Notes under the pieces: model-generated
The model's input: only the letters and a program-made list of their open reading frames with translations
What the model was told of the DNA's origin: nothing
The model's database searches: none
Shown: in pieces, positions 61,871 through 64,000 of the stretch
How positions within the stretch are numbered: the first letter of the stretch is position 1
How the letters are laid out: every line of letters starts with the position of its first letter
NCBI GenBank assembly: GCA_003971905.1
Contig: RSEE01000048.1
Location: forward strand, 124,001 to 188,000
DNA: 64,000 nt
Origin: Moniliella sp. 'wahieum'
Lineage: Eukaryota
Reading direction: 5' to 3'
Translations under genes and position numbers: made by a program

Positions 61871-62229
61871 GCCGCGAGAGCTGCACAGACGAGGGGGTGG
61901 CGCGAGCCGACGTCAGACGCTGGACGGTGTGAGCAGCCGACGAGGTTGTTGGCGTCGCCCCCATCTCAGCAACAAGTCGAGGCCTAGGTTTCAGTGTTTC
62001 ATTTCAGAAATTTCACGCTTGATCTAAGTTCCCATTTCCAACTGCGTCAGGCCTCACCTCAGGCCGGCCAAGTGCAGGTCCTTATACTCGCTGGCTGTGC
62101 CAACATACTGTTTGTCTATGGCAGGGAAACAATGGAATGGGTTATGCAGATCCATGATCATGGAAAGAACAGACACACAGAGATGAACTAGATGAGTGGA
62201 AATCAGTGCAGGCAAACAAGGCCAACAAG

Positions 62230-63514
62230 TCAGTCAAACGTAATCTTGGTCCCTTGGCTGCCCTCAGCAATTGCCCCCGACTGCTTAGCCACTGCCGATG
62301 CTACCGTTGGAGGATTGGAGGGGTTGTCGGTTCGGCCGGGCCTCCTCCGAATCCGACTTATCGTCATCCCATCGCACACGCTTGTTTTGGCTCTTGACTG
62401 GCGTTTCAGCTTCCTCCTGGGCTTTCGCGAGGCGCTGGCGCCGCTCCTCAACCATCCGCATCCGGCGATCAAACATGATCTTTTCCGACGTAGTCATCTC
62501 CCGTGCGGCGCCTTCCATGGGCGGAAGCAGAGATTCGATGGTCTGCTCTTGTTCATCCGGAGGGGGGACACTGAAAGGACGCCGGAGTAGACTGCCATGC
62601 AGCGTAAGCATGTGCTTGGCGACGGTCATGCTCACGATAGTGAACGTCAACTTGCCGTCTGCGCCGCCAAGGCGCGAGAGGTCGTCCTTGTTCCGCCAGT
62701 AGCCAAGGGAATGAGGTGCATCTCCTCTTCATCCTGGTCAAAGGGCTGCTCCGCGGCAGTGTCATTCTCATCCTGCTCAGGCGCCTCCGATTCGTCATGG
62801 ATAAACTCCCAACGAGTGAGGTCAATGTGCTGCGAGCTGATCGACGCGTTGAACAAGCCATCGAGCAACAGCGACACATGCGATGGCGACGACAAGATGA
62901 TCTTCCCCTCCACCTTCATGCCTATCCTCGGGCTCCACACTAGACATCCGACTTGGATGGGGACCAATCCGAACGCGCCATCGGCCTCGATCCGGCCGGT
63001 GGGACGCTGGAAGGACTTGGGGGTGGCGTGGTGGGTAACAAGAACACCTTCAAGCTCAGTACGTACCTGAAAACTCCCGCGTTAGTCGCTCAGATCATCA
63101 AGACAAAGGGGGAGTGGGATCAGAGGGAAAAAAGCAAAACGTACTGGCAAGAGCATCGTGTCGAACAGCTCGGCCACCGCTTGGGTTGGGTCGGCTGCAA
63201 AGACGGGGGGATAGCCATGTGAAGGGTAGGGTACATTTTGCGGTAGCATGACACTGCCCCTGAGGTCTCGTCCGAGTCGACATCGTCAAGCGGGGGCTGG
63301 TCGGAGGCACGGGGGCGGCGACTGCTCTCTTCAGAGTGGGAATGGACTTGGACTTGGAATGGGACTTGGACTTGTGGGTCTTGCTGCTGCTGTGCTTGTC
63401 GCTGGAGCGGGGCTTGGTGTGCTTGTCTGATTTTCCTTCGCTGGTGCGGGGCTTTTTGGACTTGCGCTCGGCGGGCGAGGGATTCTTGCGCTTAGATGGC
63501 GCGTCTGAAGACAT
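62230..63514 (-). CDS. RPA43: RNA polymerase I subunit A43
   Basis: Lys-rich N-terminus; YVLSLKGVLVTH; CLVWSPRIGMKVEGKIILSSPSHVSLLLDGLFNASI; FTIVSMTVAKHMLTLHGSL; basic C-tail. Confidence 0.88.
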
Positions 63515-64000
63515 GGTGGTGGTAGGGTTGGGGGGGCGGGTGGCAGAGAAGGTGTGGAGGGGCGCAAATATTTTTTCCTGGCTGGCTGGAGGACGCGGAT
63601 GTGAGGGGGGGGATGGGTGTGACGGCGTTGCACCGAACAGGGGTCTTGCGAAGGCGATGCAGTTTAGCATCTGAGATTAGATTTCAGATTTCAGAGAGAA
63701 GCTCCAACGCGCGCGACGGCACTGGGATACACATCATGCATCATGCATCAATGTTTGCGGCGGGCACAGTGGCGCTGCGCTGACGACCATTTTTTTTTTT
63801 TTTTCGTTCCGCCGGCGGTCGTAGGACCGTTTTGCTTGAGTGCGCAAGTGCGGGTCTGGCCGCCGGTCTGTGCGCTGGGCTTGTTGGTCTCGTCACTTTT
63901 TGCTTGTGGGCCCCTCAACGCCAAACTTTTGCCACCACCCTTCTTCCTTACCACCCCACCATGGCTGCTGAGGTTCCTACATTCAAGCTTGTGCTAGGTG

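Overview
Gene-dense genomic DNA from a basidiomycete fungus. Intron-poor genes and GC-rich coding sequence suggest Ustilaginomycotina, which is an inference. Almost every gene, including essential ones (RPB5, RPA43, VPS28, CWC27, AUR1), is broken by single-base frameshifts, often at homopolymers. This looks like an unpolished long-read assembly, so gene ends are approximate and frameshifts are not read as pseudogenisation. Gene order: velvet-domain regulator (-), relic/mosaic DNA, HMG-box transcription factor (-), VPS28 (+), DAO-family FAD oxidoreductase (-), zf-HIT/ZNHIT2-like (-), VPS38/UVRAG-like (-), RPB5 (-), hypothetical (+), non-reducing PKS (+), AUR1 (+), KU80 (-), ZRG17-like CDF zinc transporter (+), small ankyrin protein (+), foldback element, DH-domain RhoGEF (+), CBM21/PP1 glycogen-targeting subunit (+), RMD5 (-), CWC27 (-), RPA43 (-). 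The main findings are: (1) an orphan NR-PKS whose KS has lost all three catalytic residues and whose AT has lost its serine, while SAT, PT, two ACPs and TE keep their active-site motifs, preceded by a disordered region with seven R[P/S]AS[P/Q] repeats; it is a candidate trans-acting half-enzyme; (2) intergenic arrays of 7-bp units (6-bp palindrome plus 1 nt) built from more than ten different palindromes; (3) a foldback element with GNA-triloop hairpins, one arm of which recurs upstream of the HMG gene; (4) a mosaic first 14 kb that includes a copy of the RPB5 5' leader.
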